64,000 nucleotides of DNA, taken from the IMG/VR virus record IMGVR_UViG_3300042397_000787; one strand, 5' to 3'. Below, in pieces: positions 1-8,259 of this stretch. Positions within the stretch are counted from its first letter, which is position 1. Each line of letters opens with the position of its first letter. Source of the DNA: a virus. The notes below the pieces were generated by a model, which had not been told where the DNA came from, did no database searches, and saw nothing but the letters and a program-made list of their open reading frames with translations. Position numbers and translations under genes: made by a program.

Positions 1-43
1 ATCCATATTGTTTAACTAGTTCTGCTACAATTGATGGATCCAT
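1..43 (-). CDS. N-terminus of small membrane protein running off window start (MDPSIVAELVKQYG...)
   Basis: ATG at 41-43 overlaps stop of upstream gene; resembles neighbouring DVGFPI membrane protein. Confidence 0.5.
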   Translation of the reverse strand, partial: MDPSIVAELVKQYG

Positions 44-330
44 TAATCTTTCCGAGCATCGTTCTTCCCGTCTGCTCGTGCGATTCTGTCTAGATCTGGT
101 TTAAGACCCAAGGCGGAACTAACAACTGCATCAACGCGAATAATATCATGGTTCATTGTCTTGACTCGGTTGTCGAGTCCCATAATAATACCCTGCATTC
201 CCTTGAGTGCTTTAACAACGCTCTCGAGGATGTAGTTGATAACAAAATATACGAAGACACCACCGAGCAAGGCCGCTGCAATGGGGAATCCTACATCTCC
301 AATAAGTTTAAATATCGTATCGTATGACAT
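43..330 (-). CDS. Small membrane protein (one TM helix + coiled coil), late gene
   Basis: Start reassigned to MSYDTIF just downstream of late promoter; hydrophobic GFPIAAALLGGVFVYFVI. Confidence 0.7.
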   Translation of the reverse strand: MSYDTIFKLIGDVGFPIAAALLGGVFVYFVINYILESVVKALKGMQGIIMGLDNRVKTMNHDIIRVDAVVSSALGLKPDLDRIARADGKNDARKD

Positions 331-338
331 ATCAATTC

Positions 339-350
339 TATTTATAAATA
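339..350. promoter_or_regulatory. Bidirectional T4-type late promoter (TATTTATAAATA palindrome)
   Basis: TATAAATA on + (343-350) and on - (339-346) between two divergent genes. Confidence 0.8.
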
Positions 351-373
351 AACGTAAAGAAGGAAGACAAAAA

Positions 374-1108
374 ATGGCAGGTGCAGCGGCAGAAAGACAA
401 GAAAATACTTTTGTTAAGTCAATTAATGATGCGGTCAAGAAAAATCCGGCTGGAATTAAGATAAAAGCCGGTTCTCAGACTATTTCTGGAGTAATTAAAG
501 CGGAAAAATTCACCGGAAGACAAGTTTCTGGCTCTGAACCCTATATTGATGTCAATTTACATCTGGCTGACGGTAAAACTACAGTAGGCATCTCTATGAA
601 AGGTGAGACTGCGCCCTCATTAGCGGGTGGCGGACTGAAAGGCATCAATTTAGCCGTCCCAGGACTTGCGAATAAGTTTATGAAAGCAGTTTTAGCGCAT
701 CTAAAGAAAAAAATTAAGCCCGGAGACAAAGTTCCGGACTGTTATGGTAAGATTAGTGACCAACATAAAGTAACAATTGTGGTTGGTAACAAAGATATGG
801 GTGGCCCAATTGACTACATGTATATTGGCAACATGACTCCCGTATCTAACTACAACAAAAGCACCAACACACTTTCGTTTAACAATGGAAACTTCTATGA
901 AGCAACCAAATATGCTAAGTCACATGACCTATATTTCAGACTTCGTGCTAGAAGAGAAGACCAAGTGTTTGATCCAACTGCAAAAGACAGTATGAACGTG
1001 CCTAAAATCTATTCTAAGTCACCAAGTAAAGGGGACTCCGCCGGTAGAATAGTTGTTACCGACAAAGTCCCCAATAATGCATTACAAAATGTAGTTAATA
1101 TTGTTTAA
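374..1108 (+). CDS. Putative PD-(D/E)XK-like nuclease; only convincing plus-strand gene
   Basis: Start MAGAAAERQE after AGGAAG; motif YIDV...GISMK; late promoter upstream. Confidence 0.55.
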   Translation: MAGAAAERQENTFVKSINDAVKKNPAGIKIKAGSQTISGVIKAEKFTGRQVSGSEPYIDVNLHLADGKTTVGISMKGETAPSLAGGGLKGINLAVPGLANKFMKAVLAHLKKKIKPGDKVPDCYGKISDQHKVTIVVGNKDMGGPIDYMYIGNMTPVSNYNKSTNTLSFNNGNFYEATKYAKSHDLYFRLRARREDQVFDPTAKDSMNVPKIYSKSPSKGDSAGRIVVTDKVPNNALQNVVNIV

Positions 1109-2043
1109 ACGAAAACGTCTACGTCTAAATCCTTAGAATACTTTGTATCGGGCGGCAGAGTAATCAGCTTCATACCATAATTGTTGACGCCTTCGGGAAG
1201 AACAACACCCTCTTTAAGAGTTAGTGTGTTCTTCTTGAAGGGTGTATAGTCAACATAATGATGCCAACGACCATAACGCCATACAACACGCGCAACATCT
1301 GGGTGCATATCAGCCAACATCTGTGACTTGTTGATGGTGCCCTTCTCGTGGTAACGCTTACCTTCTACTTCTTCACCCTCTTCCAAGAATTCTTTGTGAT
1401 AGAACTCTGCGGTATTACCACCCTTGACGGTTTGTGTAGCAACTTTACCCTGCAAGAACGCATTGAACTGCACCGTGCAGTCACCATCTTTGAGGACGCG
1501 AAGGCAAATATCAGTATCTTCATTGTAACGACCGCGCCAGCGATGCTTACAATCGTTACGGATTAGCAATGTCGAGTAGATACGAGTGTTGGCGACATAA
1601 GGAGGATACTTCTGGTTCGGTGCAATGAAGAACCGATACTGCGGACCAGCAATGTAGAGGTTCTCATAACGGTCAAAGAAGTCTTCCATCACTTTGAAGA
1701 ACACACCAGACTCCACGCGAATACGTTCGTTGCGATACAGACGATAGAAATCTGAAATGTTATCATCTAGAACCCAGTGGGCATCTGCACCGATACTGAT
1801 AGAGTGGTCCCATGCCCAGTTTCTAGCGCGACCGGGGCCATCACCGTGATTGGAGAACGGCGCAACCAGCAGAGTGACACCAGAAAGTCCGAAATTGGTT
1901 ATCGCATCTTTGTAGGGCTGCAAATCTTGAGGTTCGATAATGATATAATGCGGCACTCTCATACGAGAAAGTGACCGCGAAGTAATCATAGTATCGGCAC
2001 GACCCTTAGAAACAATGTAAACGGGGTATTTTGGGTTAGTCAT
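1105..2043 (-). CDS. TET-associated/GREB1-like glycosyltransferase (TAGT), putative DNA base glycosylase-transferase
   Basis: YPVYIVSKGR, GPGRARNWAWDHS, HWVLDDNI, RYNEDTD motifs. Confidence 0.8.
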   Translation of the reverse strand: MTNPKYPVYIVSKGRADTMITSRSLSRMRVPHYIIIEPQDLQPYKDAITNFGLSGVTLLVAPFSNHGDGPGRARNWAWDHSISIGADAHWVLDDNISDFYRLYRNERIRVESGVFFKVMEDFFDRYENLYIAGPQYRFFIAPNQKYPPYVANTRIYSTLLIRNDCKHRWRGRYNEDTDICLRVLKDGDCTVQFNAFLQGKVATQTVKGGNTAEFYHKEFLEEGEEVEGKRYHEKGTINKSQMLADMHPDVARVVWRYGRWHHYVDYTPFKKNTLTLKEGVVLPEGVNNYGMKLITLPPDTKYSKDLDVDVFV

Positions 2044-3118
2044 AAAACAAATGATCCAATGATGTTGATTTCCATCTCGCCAAACTATCAGCGAACATAT
2101 TATTTAGGTTGAGAATCCAGTTCTCTTTACTGTGCTTGGCTTTAGTTCTATTAGATATATCACACCTTTGCTCAAAAGTCAAGCCTTTCAGTGTATTAAT
2201 AACATCTTCTAGTTCTTCTTGCTTGACATTCGTAGGAACCATGATATAGTCAGTATCACTATCAGCAACAGCTTGGCTACCATGTGTACCACTACTATCT
2301 GTAACAAGCACCAGAGGTAGTCCTCTTGTCAAGGCTTCTAATGCAGTAATGCCCCATGACTCCACAGGACAAGTAGAAACGTAAACAGAACCAGTTGCCA
2401 TTACTGCCATGGTATCATGGTGCTTCAAACCGCGAATTGTATCTCTTGGTGTTTCCCAATGAGCATTCTTCTCTGCATATTCTTTCTGTGTATCACTATC
2501 AAATAGAGGAATACTTGTTAGAACACAAGACTTTAGCGCAGACACTTTAAGTTTGTTGTGAAGAAAGAATGGATTCTTAGTAGGGTCCGTGCGACCAACT
2601 GTCACCGCATCAAAGTGTTTGTTTTCAGATACTTGTTCATCGCCGTTAGCAAAGGCTGAGTTGATATAACCATAAGCATTCAAAACATCATGGCCTACGA
2701 TACGCTTAGAGATTGCATTCATCTTACTGTGTTGGTCTTTAGAGACGAAGTAAATGGAACCACCATTAGCAGCGAACTCTTCTTTGGCTTTGATGGATTC
2801 CACGTTGTAGATAGACCGAATACCAGGCGAGTGATTAAGCCACACCACCGGTAAATCAAACTGTTGAAATGCTACTGTATACGCATGACTGAAATGATTA
2901 GTGAAGATAATGTCTGGCTTATGCTCATTCACAGCCCGTTGCATGATATCACCTGTTCTACGTTCCATTCTGTCTTCGAATGTAATGTAAACGGGTATCA
3001 CGCCTTCGATGTTCTCATACACCAGCTTCTGGAATAACTCCACACCACCAAGCACAACATCCGACTCAAGTCGGACATTCTTATCTTTGTGCTGGATGAC
3101 GGGCATTAGTATTCTCAT
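2036..3118 (-). CDS. GT-B glycosyltransferase with C-terminal clamp-binding-like motif
   Basis: GGVE, VGRTDPTKN, ESWGITALEAL; ends SLDHLFYD. Confidence 0.75.
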   Translation of the reverse strand: MRILMPVIQHKDKNVRLESDVVLGGVELFQKLVYENIEGVIPVYITFEDRMERRTGDIMQRAVNEHKPDIIFTNHFSHAYTVAFQQFDLPVVWLNHSPGIRSIYNVESIKAKEEFAANGGSIYFVSKDQHSKMNAISKRIVGHDVLNAYGYINSAFANGDEQVSENKHFDAVTVGRTDPTKNPFFLHNKLKVSALKSCVLTSIPLFDSDTQKEYAEKNAHWETPRDTIRGLKHHDTMAVMATGSVYVSTCPVESWGITALEALTRGLPLVLVTDSSGTHGSQAVADSDTDYIMVPTNVKQEELEDVINTLKGLTFEQRCDISNRTKAKHSKENWILNLNNMFADSLARWKSTSLDHLFYD

Positions 3119-3726
3119 TCGGCTTCAATCCAGCGCAGAAGATAATTCGGTGTCCGTTCTAGCTTGGGGTGCCAGATTGCTTTAGACTTATCCGTCAGCA
3201 CCTGGTCAATGCGCCGCGAGAACTCTTCATAGTCCTCAAGCCGACGAAACTTCACAATAACCGAACGAATTGGTCCGTTATCTTCTAGATACTCAAACTC
3301 TGGCATCCCCACCCAATGCTCTTTCCAAGCACTCTCTTCGGTATCATTCACTTCCACTTCAAGCGAAGCTAGATTCTTATCCGTTCGCGGAGCGCATAGG
3401 CGCCTATCCACATCCACCAATGGTGCTTGGCCATCATCAAACAGCGCAGCACGAGGGTCTGCCAAAGGGTACCAGAAGTCTTTAAGATTACTCGCTACGA
3501 TATACCCGATACGCTTAGAGAGGTCTACGATATCTTCTACGGTGCGGAAGTGGACGTAGATAGCCTTCCACAGGTCTTGGTCTACCTTCTTCTTACCAGA
3601 ATTATCCGCAAGCGGAGTATCTATCACCCCTACCAGATGCTCAAGGGACATGCGATACTCGTCTTGCATCCGCGCATTCTGGTCGAGATAGTTTTCATAA
3701 TCACCAGATTCTTTTACTTCACTCAT
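3115..3726 (-). CDS. TAGT-associated protein with internally duplicated domain
   Basis: IYVHFRTVEDIVDLSKRIG..WYP and VIVKFRRLEDYEEFSRRID..WHP; WVGMPEF; coupled to GT gene. Confidence 0.65.
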   Translation of the reverse strand: MSEVKESGDYENYLDQNARMQDEYRMSLEHLVGVIDTPLADNSGKKKVDQDLWKAIYVHFRTVEDIVDLSKRIGYIVASNLKDFWYPLADPRAALFDDGQAPLVDVDRRLCAPRTDKNLASLEVEVNDTEESAWKEHWVGMPEFEYLEDNGPIRSVIVKFRRLEDYEEFSRRIDQVLTDKSKAIWHPKLERTPNYLLRWIEAE

Positions 3727-3743
3727 AACATCTCCTTATTCCA

Positions 3744-3774
3744 CCAATATAACACTATTAGCTATACAAGTCAA
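3744..3774 (-). promoter_or_regulatory. sigma70-like promoter for glycosyltransferase operon
   Basis: TTGACT-N17-TATATT. Confidence 0.55.
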
Positions 3775-4603
3775 GCATTTTCCTAATACCTTCTCTTAAT
3801 TTCGTAGAAGGACCAAACCCAAGGTCTTTGCGCAATTTACTACCATCCATACGCTGGTAAGGTATCTCAGAAAAATCCTTCTTATTATATAGGATAGGTA
3901 ATTTGGTACCCATCTCCTCTTGGATTATATCAATAACCTCTCTCGTAGAGTAATTCTCCTCACTCGTCACGTTATAAGCGCCAGCTAGATTCTCCCTCCT
4001 CGCAAACGCCATAATAACCTCACACAGGTCGCCAATCCACAGATAGTCACGGCGCATCTCCTCAGACCCCGCCCATATCATAGGCGCCTCACCGCACCGC
4101 AGCCGCGCCACCGTACCAGGTATCAGCCGCGTAAGGTTATTATCGTGCGGCCCGTAAGTATTCGTAAGCCGCAAAGAGATTACGTCCATACCATAATAGT
4201 CACGGTAGAAATCACACAGTTCCGCAGCCAACACCTTGGACTTCTCATAAGGAGAAAAGCCATTCAATGGTGCAGTCTCCGTCAATGGTTTCAGACTTTG
4301 CGCACCATATACCTTATCAGACTCCAGCACAATCACTGGAACACCAAGACCTCGAGCGGATTCCAATACACTAGCAGTAGCAAGAGTATTACTGAGGAAC
4401 GCACCCATGGGATTAGTCGCACACACCGATACAATAGAATTGCCAGCGCAGTGGACAATCGCCTCGATATTACTCATATTATCAACGGCTACGCGAAACT
4501 CCGTGGTCGCAACATCTAGATCGGTTACAACCCATTCCACAGTGGGTTGATGGTATCTCAGAGACTTACCAATGAAGCCTTCATGCCCAGTCAATAATAT
4601 CAC
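3758..4603 (-). CDS. NAD-dependent nucleotide-sugar epimerase/dehydratase
   Basis: TGHEGFIG, SDKVYG, YEKSK, NTYGP; GTG start overlapping upstream TGA. Confidence 0.85.
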   Translation of the reverse strand: MILLTGHEGFIGKSLRYHQPTVEWVVTDLDVATTEFRVAVDNMSNIEAIVHCAGNSIVSVCATNPMGAFLSNTLATASVLESARGLGVPVIVLESDKVYGAQSLKPLTETAPLNGFSPYEKSKVLAAELCDFYRDYYGMDVISLRLTNTYGPHDNNLTRLIPGTVARLRCGEAPMIWAGSEEMRRDYLWIGDLCEVIMAFARRENLAGAYNVTSEENYSTREVIDIIQEEMGTKLPILYNKKDFSEIPYQRMDGSKLRKDLGFGPSTKLREGIRKMLDLYS

Positions 4604-5106
4604 GGCGTCAACTCTTTCCACTCTTCCGGGCTAATGACGTTACAATTTTTTCTAAAGTATCGATACTGTATCAACTCTTCTCTTAGACCCGATGAACCTT
4701 TAGCATCATGTCTATTAACATTGTTACTGTTAGATACCAGAGTACCCTCATCCATGGGTAAGTAATCACTCAAGTTTTCGAAAGGAATTATCTCAAAGTC
4801 AACATAGCGTGGAATATTGATAAGATATGGCTGTCTGTGAACCCATATCCAAAAGTCTTTATCCATACCGTTGTGAGGTTCATGATGGATAAACCAACCC
4901 GTTGTCTCGAACACCTCAGCAGACTTCCATCTGTCTATAGGGTTTCGTAGCACAAGAACTCTTCTCGTAGTAGAATTTATCCACTCGTTCCATCGGTCAT
5001 GCATACCCCTTGGCACCTCTTCGAAGCCAAAGTATTTGCGCATCGATGTATGTCCACATCTAGTGTTAGACAATACATGGACATTACCGTTGTCGTGTAT
5101 GAACAT
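4600..5106 (-). CDS. Sulfotransferase-like protein
   Basis: RCGHTS (5'PSB-like) and LRNPIDRWKS (3'PB-like). Confidence 0.55.
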   Translation of the reverse strand: MFIHDNGNVHVLSNTRCGHTSMRKYFGFEEVPRGMHDRWNEWINSTTRRVLVLRNPIDRWKSAEVFETTGWFIHHEPHNGMDKDFWIWVHRQPYLINIPRYVDFEIIPFENLSDYLPMDEGTLVSNSNNVNRHDAKGSSGLREELIQYRYFRKNCNVISPEEWKELTP

Positions 5107-5289
5107 TCAGGTAGCTGCCTCGGTGCTCCGCTGTAGTATAGTAGCATTAACTAGCTTCCACACAATCTGTTCAATGATATTGGCTTCTTCGTCCATATCC
5201 ATATCATAGAGAGCCATCTGTAGGTCACCTACGCGGCCATCTACGAGGTCATCGAAATACGGGGCATCTTGTTCTAGTAGTATATTCAT
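5107..5289 (-). CDS. Hypothetical protein
   Basis: 60 aa ORF with GAGGAG RBS. Confidence 0.6.
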   Translation of the reverse strand: MNILLEQDAPYFDDLVDGRVGDLQMALYDMDMDEEANIIEQIVWKLVNATILQRSTEAAT

Positions 5290-5336
5290 TTACTTACTCT
5301 CCTCGACTTTATTTAGGGGTTTTTGGTGGCGCGAAA

Positions 5337-5438
5337 AATTCTGGTGGAGGCCATCAGCTTTTTCCTTGGTGCCAGGTGAACGACCTTAAAGCAAGCCGCG
5401 TCTAAAGTCTTGGCACCTAGCCCGGGCCCACCAGATTT
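5337..5438. other. GC-rich nested inverted repeat (structured RNA or DNA element)
   Basis: CTGGTGG/CCACCAG outer and GGTGCCA/TGGCACC inner stems in noncoding gap. Confidence 0.5.
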
Positions 5439-5470
5439 CACTATGGCTTACCTGGCTCTAAGTCTGTGCA

Positions 5471-5502
5471 ACCGCACCTTACTACAACCGTATCTTACTA
5501 CA
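5471..5502. repeat. 16-bp tandem direct repeat x2
   Basis: accgcaccttactaca / accgtatcttactaca. Confidence 0.75.
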
Positions 5503-5521
5503 GGTTACCGGGTTCGCCCGC

Positions 5522-5746
5522 TCACTTCATGGCCCGACGGAGCCTTGCCATATCTTTATCCATAAAGTCACCATCGGCTGACCACTGCCTAAACGCTACA
5601 CATTCGAGCATCTTAGCACCACAGTCTTCCATCATCGGACATCCATCACAGGGTACATCCCGTGCGCTCTCTGGTGTTCCAGTATCAAGCATCGATACCC
5701 GGCTGGGTTCGTGCTGATAATACATATCGAAGCCAATCATATCCAT
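5522..5746 (-). CDS. Small Cys-rich protein
   Basis: CDGC..C......C pattern. Confidence 0.6.
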   Translation of the reverse strand: MDMIGFDMYYQHEPSRVSMLDTGTPESARDVPCDGCPMMEDCGAKMLECVAFRQWSADGDFMDKDMARLRRAMK

Positions 5747-5764
5747 AATATATTTCCTTTTTTA

Positions 5765-6097
5765 TTAGAGGTAGTATGGTCCAGTCCACTGGATCTTATA
5801 ACCACCGTCTAGGATGTTACCACGTGCTTTGTTCTTAGTAGGTGCATTCCAACCAGCAGCTTTGAGGATATCACCCTTACGGAACCCCTTAGCGCAGTCT
5901 TCTTTCTGAATGAAGCCCCACACGCTGTTCTGTGTCACGATGCGGATATACTTGCGGCCTTCTTCGACGCGGATACCCTCTACAAACTCTTCATACATGC
6001 GGTCATTAATCTCGCTGCGGGCCTTACCACTGCATGTCTGCCATGCGAAGTAGTCGGCGTTGATATCTTGGATTAGCTGTTCAATCTGGTTCTGCAT
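5765..6097 (-). CDS. Conserved phage early protein
   Basis: GRKYIRI..WGFI..KGDILKAAGWNAP motif; own early promoter. Confidence 0.75.
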   Translation of the reverse strand: MQNQIEQLIQDINADYFAWQTCSGKARSEINDRMYEEFVEGIRVEEGRKYIRIVTQNSVWGFIQKEDCAKGFRKGDILKAAGWNAPTKNKARGNILDGGYKIQWTGPYYL

Positions 6098-6156
6098 GAT
6101 GATTCTCTTTCTTTTCTCTTACTATACCAATATACACGATTCGCAGGGAATGTCAA
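6098..6156 (-). promoter_or_regulatory. Early promoter/leader cassette copy 1
   Basis: TTGACA-TTCCCTGCGAATCGTG-TATATT; leader AGAAAGAGAATC-ATC-ATG. Confidence 0.8.
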
Positions 6157-6359
6157 GCGGTATTTTGAAGAATTCTATTGCGCTTTGTGAGGCTATAACC
6201 ATCTTCGTACCATGGTGCATCGTCTGGTGTGATGAGTTCGGTATAACGAATGCCCGCTTGGACACGCATGTAATTCCAGAACTTACGAGCATCTTCGAAG
6301 TTATCGAACAGCTTGTCCTTAAGGGAATAGTTGTAATAGCGATATTGGACCTTATACAT
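6153..6359 (-). CDS. Hypothetical early protein
   Basis: 68 aa; stop lies inside next TTGACA. Confidence 0.65.
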   Translation of the reverse strand: MYKVQYRYYNYSLKDKLFDNFEDARKFWNYMRVQAGIRYTELITPDDAPWYEDGYSLTKRNRILQNTA

Positions 6360-6418
6360 AACGAATCACTTTCTCTCTGACTTCTATTTCACTATAGCAG
6401 AACCAGTAGTAATGTCAA
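6360..6418 (-). promoter_or_regulatory. Early promoter/leader cassette copy 2
   Basis: TTGACA..GC-TATAGT; leader AGTCAGAGAGAAAGTGATTCGTT-ATG. Confidence 0.85.
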
Positions 6419-6480
6419 CCATTCATTTCAGCTAACCAAGTGATTGATTCATTAGAGTTATTCTTTAGTCGCTACACTCC

Positions 6481-6509
6481 TTTATAACACATGGCAAGTG
6501 ATTCGTCAA
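6481..6509 (-). promoter_or_regulatory. Early promoter copy 3 (GANTC overlapping -35)
   Basis: TTGACG-AATCACTTGCCATGTGT-TATAAA. Confidence 0.65.
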
Positions 6510-6520
6510 GAGAAAAACAT

Positions 6521-6552
6521 AAAAAAGGTCCCCGAGTCGAAACCCGAGGACC
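6521..6552 (-). terminator. Rho-independent terminator
   Basis: GGTCCTCGGGT-TTCG-ACTCGGGGACC-TTTTTT. Confidence 0.85.
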
Positions 6553-6581
6553 AGTGTGTGACCTAGAGAAAGGAAGTAAAA

Positions 6582-6746
6582 CTAGGTCATGATGAAACGC
6601 TGTGGCATACGCTTGTTGATAAAGCTAGTGGCATATTGCTCAACCGCATGCTTGGAACCCTTTCGGTCCGCTACCCAGGAACCGTTAACGTATAGGTCCA
6701 GCAGGTAGGTACCAGGCTTTATCTTCGTAATGGTATAGTCTCGCAT
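6582..6746 (-). CDS. Hypothetical early protein (54 aa)
   Basis: Start MRDYTIT after AGGAGA. Confidence 0.6.
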   Translation of the reverse strand: MRDYTITKIKPGTYLLDLYVNGSWVADRKGSKHAVEQYATSFINKRMPQRFIMT

Positions 6747-6780
6747 GGTGGTTCTCCTAGTGAGGGTTACCGAACCGTTA

Positions 6781-6826
6781 TGATTCGTATTATCTATAAT
6801 ATAACACAAAGGCACCATGGTGTCAA
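6781..6826 (-). promoter_or_regulatory. Early promoter copy 4
   Basis: TTGACA..TGT-TATATT; CGAATCA just downstream. Confidence 0.65.
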
Positions 6827-6972
6827 GTAAAAAATGCGCGGCGGTGCCGAGGAGGAGGGAATTGGCCGAGGATTAAGACCAGGTTATATGGTCGCTAATA
6901 TGCTCTGGTGGCGTGGTCTAGTTCATGGACACTGGAATCTGAATATTATACTAATAGTTAGTGGGATTTACT

Positions 6973-7013
6973 AACCCCAGTTCAACCCAGTGTAACCCAG
7001 TGTCAACCCCAGT
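6973..7013. repeat. Four imperfect 10-11 bp tandem repeats (AACCC(C)AGT)
   Basis: aaccccagttc aacccagtgt aacccagtgtc aaccccagtc. Confidence 0.75.
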
Positions 7014-7158
7014 CTAGTTGTTCTCTCACCACTGGTACAATGACTGTCTTGTCATCTTCTCTTATAGCTTTATGGGTTGCTTCTCTCTCTGTGATATACT
7101 TACCATACTGGTGATTGGTATATCCTAGTTCATTCTCTATAAGATAATTGTTACTCAT
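7003..7158 (-). CDS. Hypothetical protein (51 aa)
   Basis: Start MSNNYLIE. Confidence 0.45.
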   Translation of the reverse strand: MSNNYLIENELGYTNHQYGKYITEREATHKAIREDDKTVIVPVVREQLDWG

Positions 7159-7249
7159 TACACAAGGATGACCAATATAACGATGATTGCTACTACTAAT
7201 GACCATTCTACTGGTCCATAGTCTTTGATGATTTCTTTAATAAATTTAA

Positions 7250-7384
7250 TCAAAATTGATACTCCACCCAATAGTGTGCTGTTTTACCACTGGACCATGT
7301 TACCTTACTACCTCTATATCTCTTATATGGAATAAGAGGTGTTTCGGTTGGTAGTGGTAGTTTCTTCCATTCTTTCTCTGTCAT
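7250..7384 (-). CDS. Hypothetical protein (44 aa, below ORF-track cutoff)
   Basis: Manual translation MTEKEWKKLPLP...WVEYQF. Confidence 0.45.
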   Translation of the reverse strand: MTEKEWKKLPLPTETPLIPYKRYRGSKVTWSSGKTAHYWVEYQF

Positions 7385-7441
7385 ACTGTTATCTCTCTAT
7401 ACAAAAATAATGAAAAATTGTTCATTTCGGCCGTGTGGTGA

Positions 7442-7591
7442 TCATATAATTGGTACACTAATAGAGGTCTTTTGCCATTGCTCTTCACCATTATCCTCTG
7501 ACAATAGCCTGTTCTCCTGTATCTTCTTTACCACTTTACCGGTTTGTTCGTCATACCAGTATTCTATGATTTCTTCACGGATTTTCTTCAT
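7442..7591 (-). CDS. Hypothetical protein (49 aa)
   Basis: Manual translation MKKIREEIIEYWYDEQTG...; GAGGA RBS. Confidence 0.5.
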   Translation of the reverse strand: MKKIREEIIEYWYDEQTGKVVKKIQENRLLSEDNGEEQWQKTSISVPII

Positions 7592-7721
7592 TGTCCTCGG
7601 CCTTCTTCAATGCTTTTGCTGCAATATTGGCACAGGTATATCCGTGTCCATGGCCGTGTGAATGACCGAACTTCTCGATTTCTTTGAGGGCTTGTTCATA
7701 TACCTTCAGCAGTTCGGTCAT
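7575..7721 (-). CDS. Hypothetical protein (48 aa, HSHGHGHG)
   Basis: ATGA overlap with upstream HD gene. Confidence 0.5.
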   Translation of the reverse strand: MTELLKVYEQALKEIEKFGHSHGHGHGYTCANIAAKALKKAEDNEENP

Positions 7722-8167
7722 TTGTTGGGTACCTGGGCTAGTAGTTCAAGATAGAATTGATTATACTTGGCCAGACGGGCGATATCCTTTTCGGTAACAC
7801 CCTTGAGGCGACGGATATCGGTGTTGTGGCGAAGGTCTGACATCTTCACTCTCATGGCATCTTCGTTGGCCATTACCTCTTGCTTGTATTGGTCATAGGA
7901 TTGACCTGGCATCTTGGTGAGTGCGGAGACTGCGGCTAGAACACGTTCGGTGCAACCAATGGCGCGTAGGTCGTCCCAGGTGGTATCGGTATCTTCGATA
8001 ACGTCATGAAGCAATGCGATGCACTGGAGTTCTTCGTCTGTTGTCTTGAGGTAATGCATCACCTTCATTGGGTGAAGGATGTATGGGTTACCACCGCGGT
8101 CAAACTGACCTGCATGGGCATTCGTGGCTAGGACGAGGACTTTACCGAGTAGTTCACCTTTTTTCAT
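7718..8167 (-). CDS. HD-domain small alarmone hydrolase-like (RelA/SpoT hydrolase, Mesh1-like)
   Basis: HAGQFDRGGNPYILHP, ALLHDVIEDT, VKMSDLRHN. Confidence 0.8.
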   Translation of the reverse strand: MKKGELLGKVLVLATNAHAGQFDRGGNPYILHPMKVMHYLKTTDEELQCIALLHDVIEDTDTTWDDLRAIGCTERVLAAVSALTKMPGQSYDQYKQEVMANEDAMRVKMSDLRHNTDIRRLKGVTEKDIARLAKYNQFYLELLAQVPNK

Positions 8168-8222
8168 AATCAAATCTCTTTCTCTATATTATTATAGTAG
8201 ACGATTCGAGACCAAATGTCAA
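8168..8222 (-). promoter_or_regulatory. Early promoter cassette copy 5
   Basis: TTGACA-TTTGGTCTCGAATCGTC-TACTAT; AGAGAAAGAGA leader. Confidence 0.8.
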
Positions 8223-8259
8223 GTAAAAAGGTGAGAAACTTTAGTTCGATAGGAGAAAA

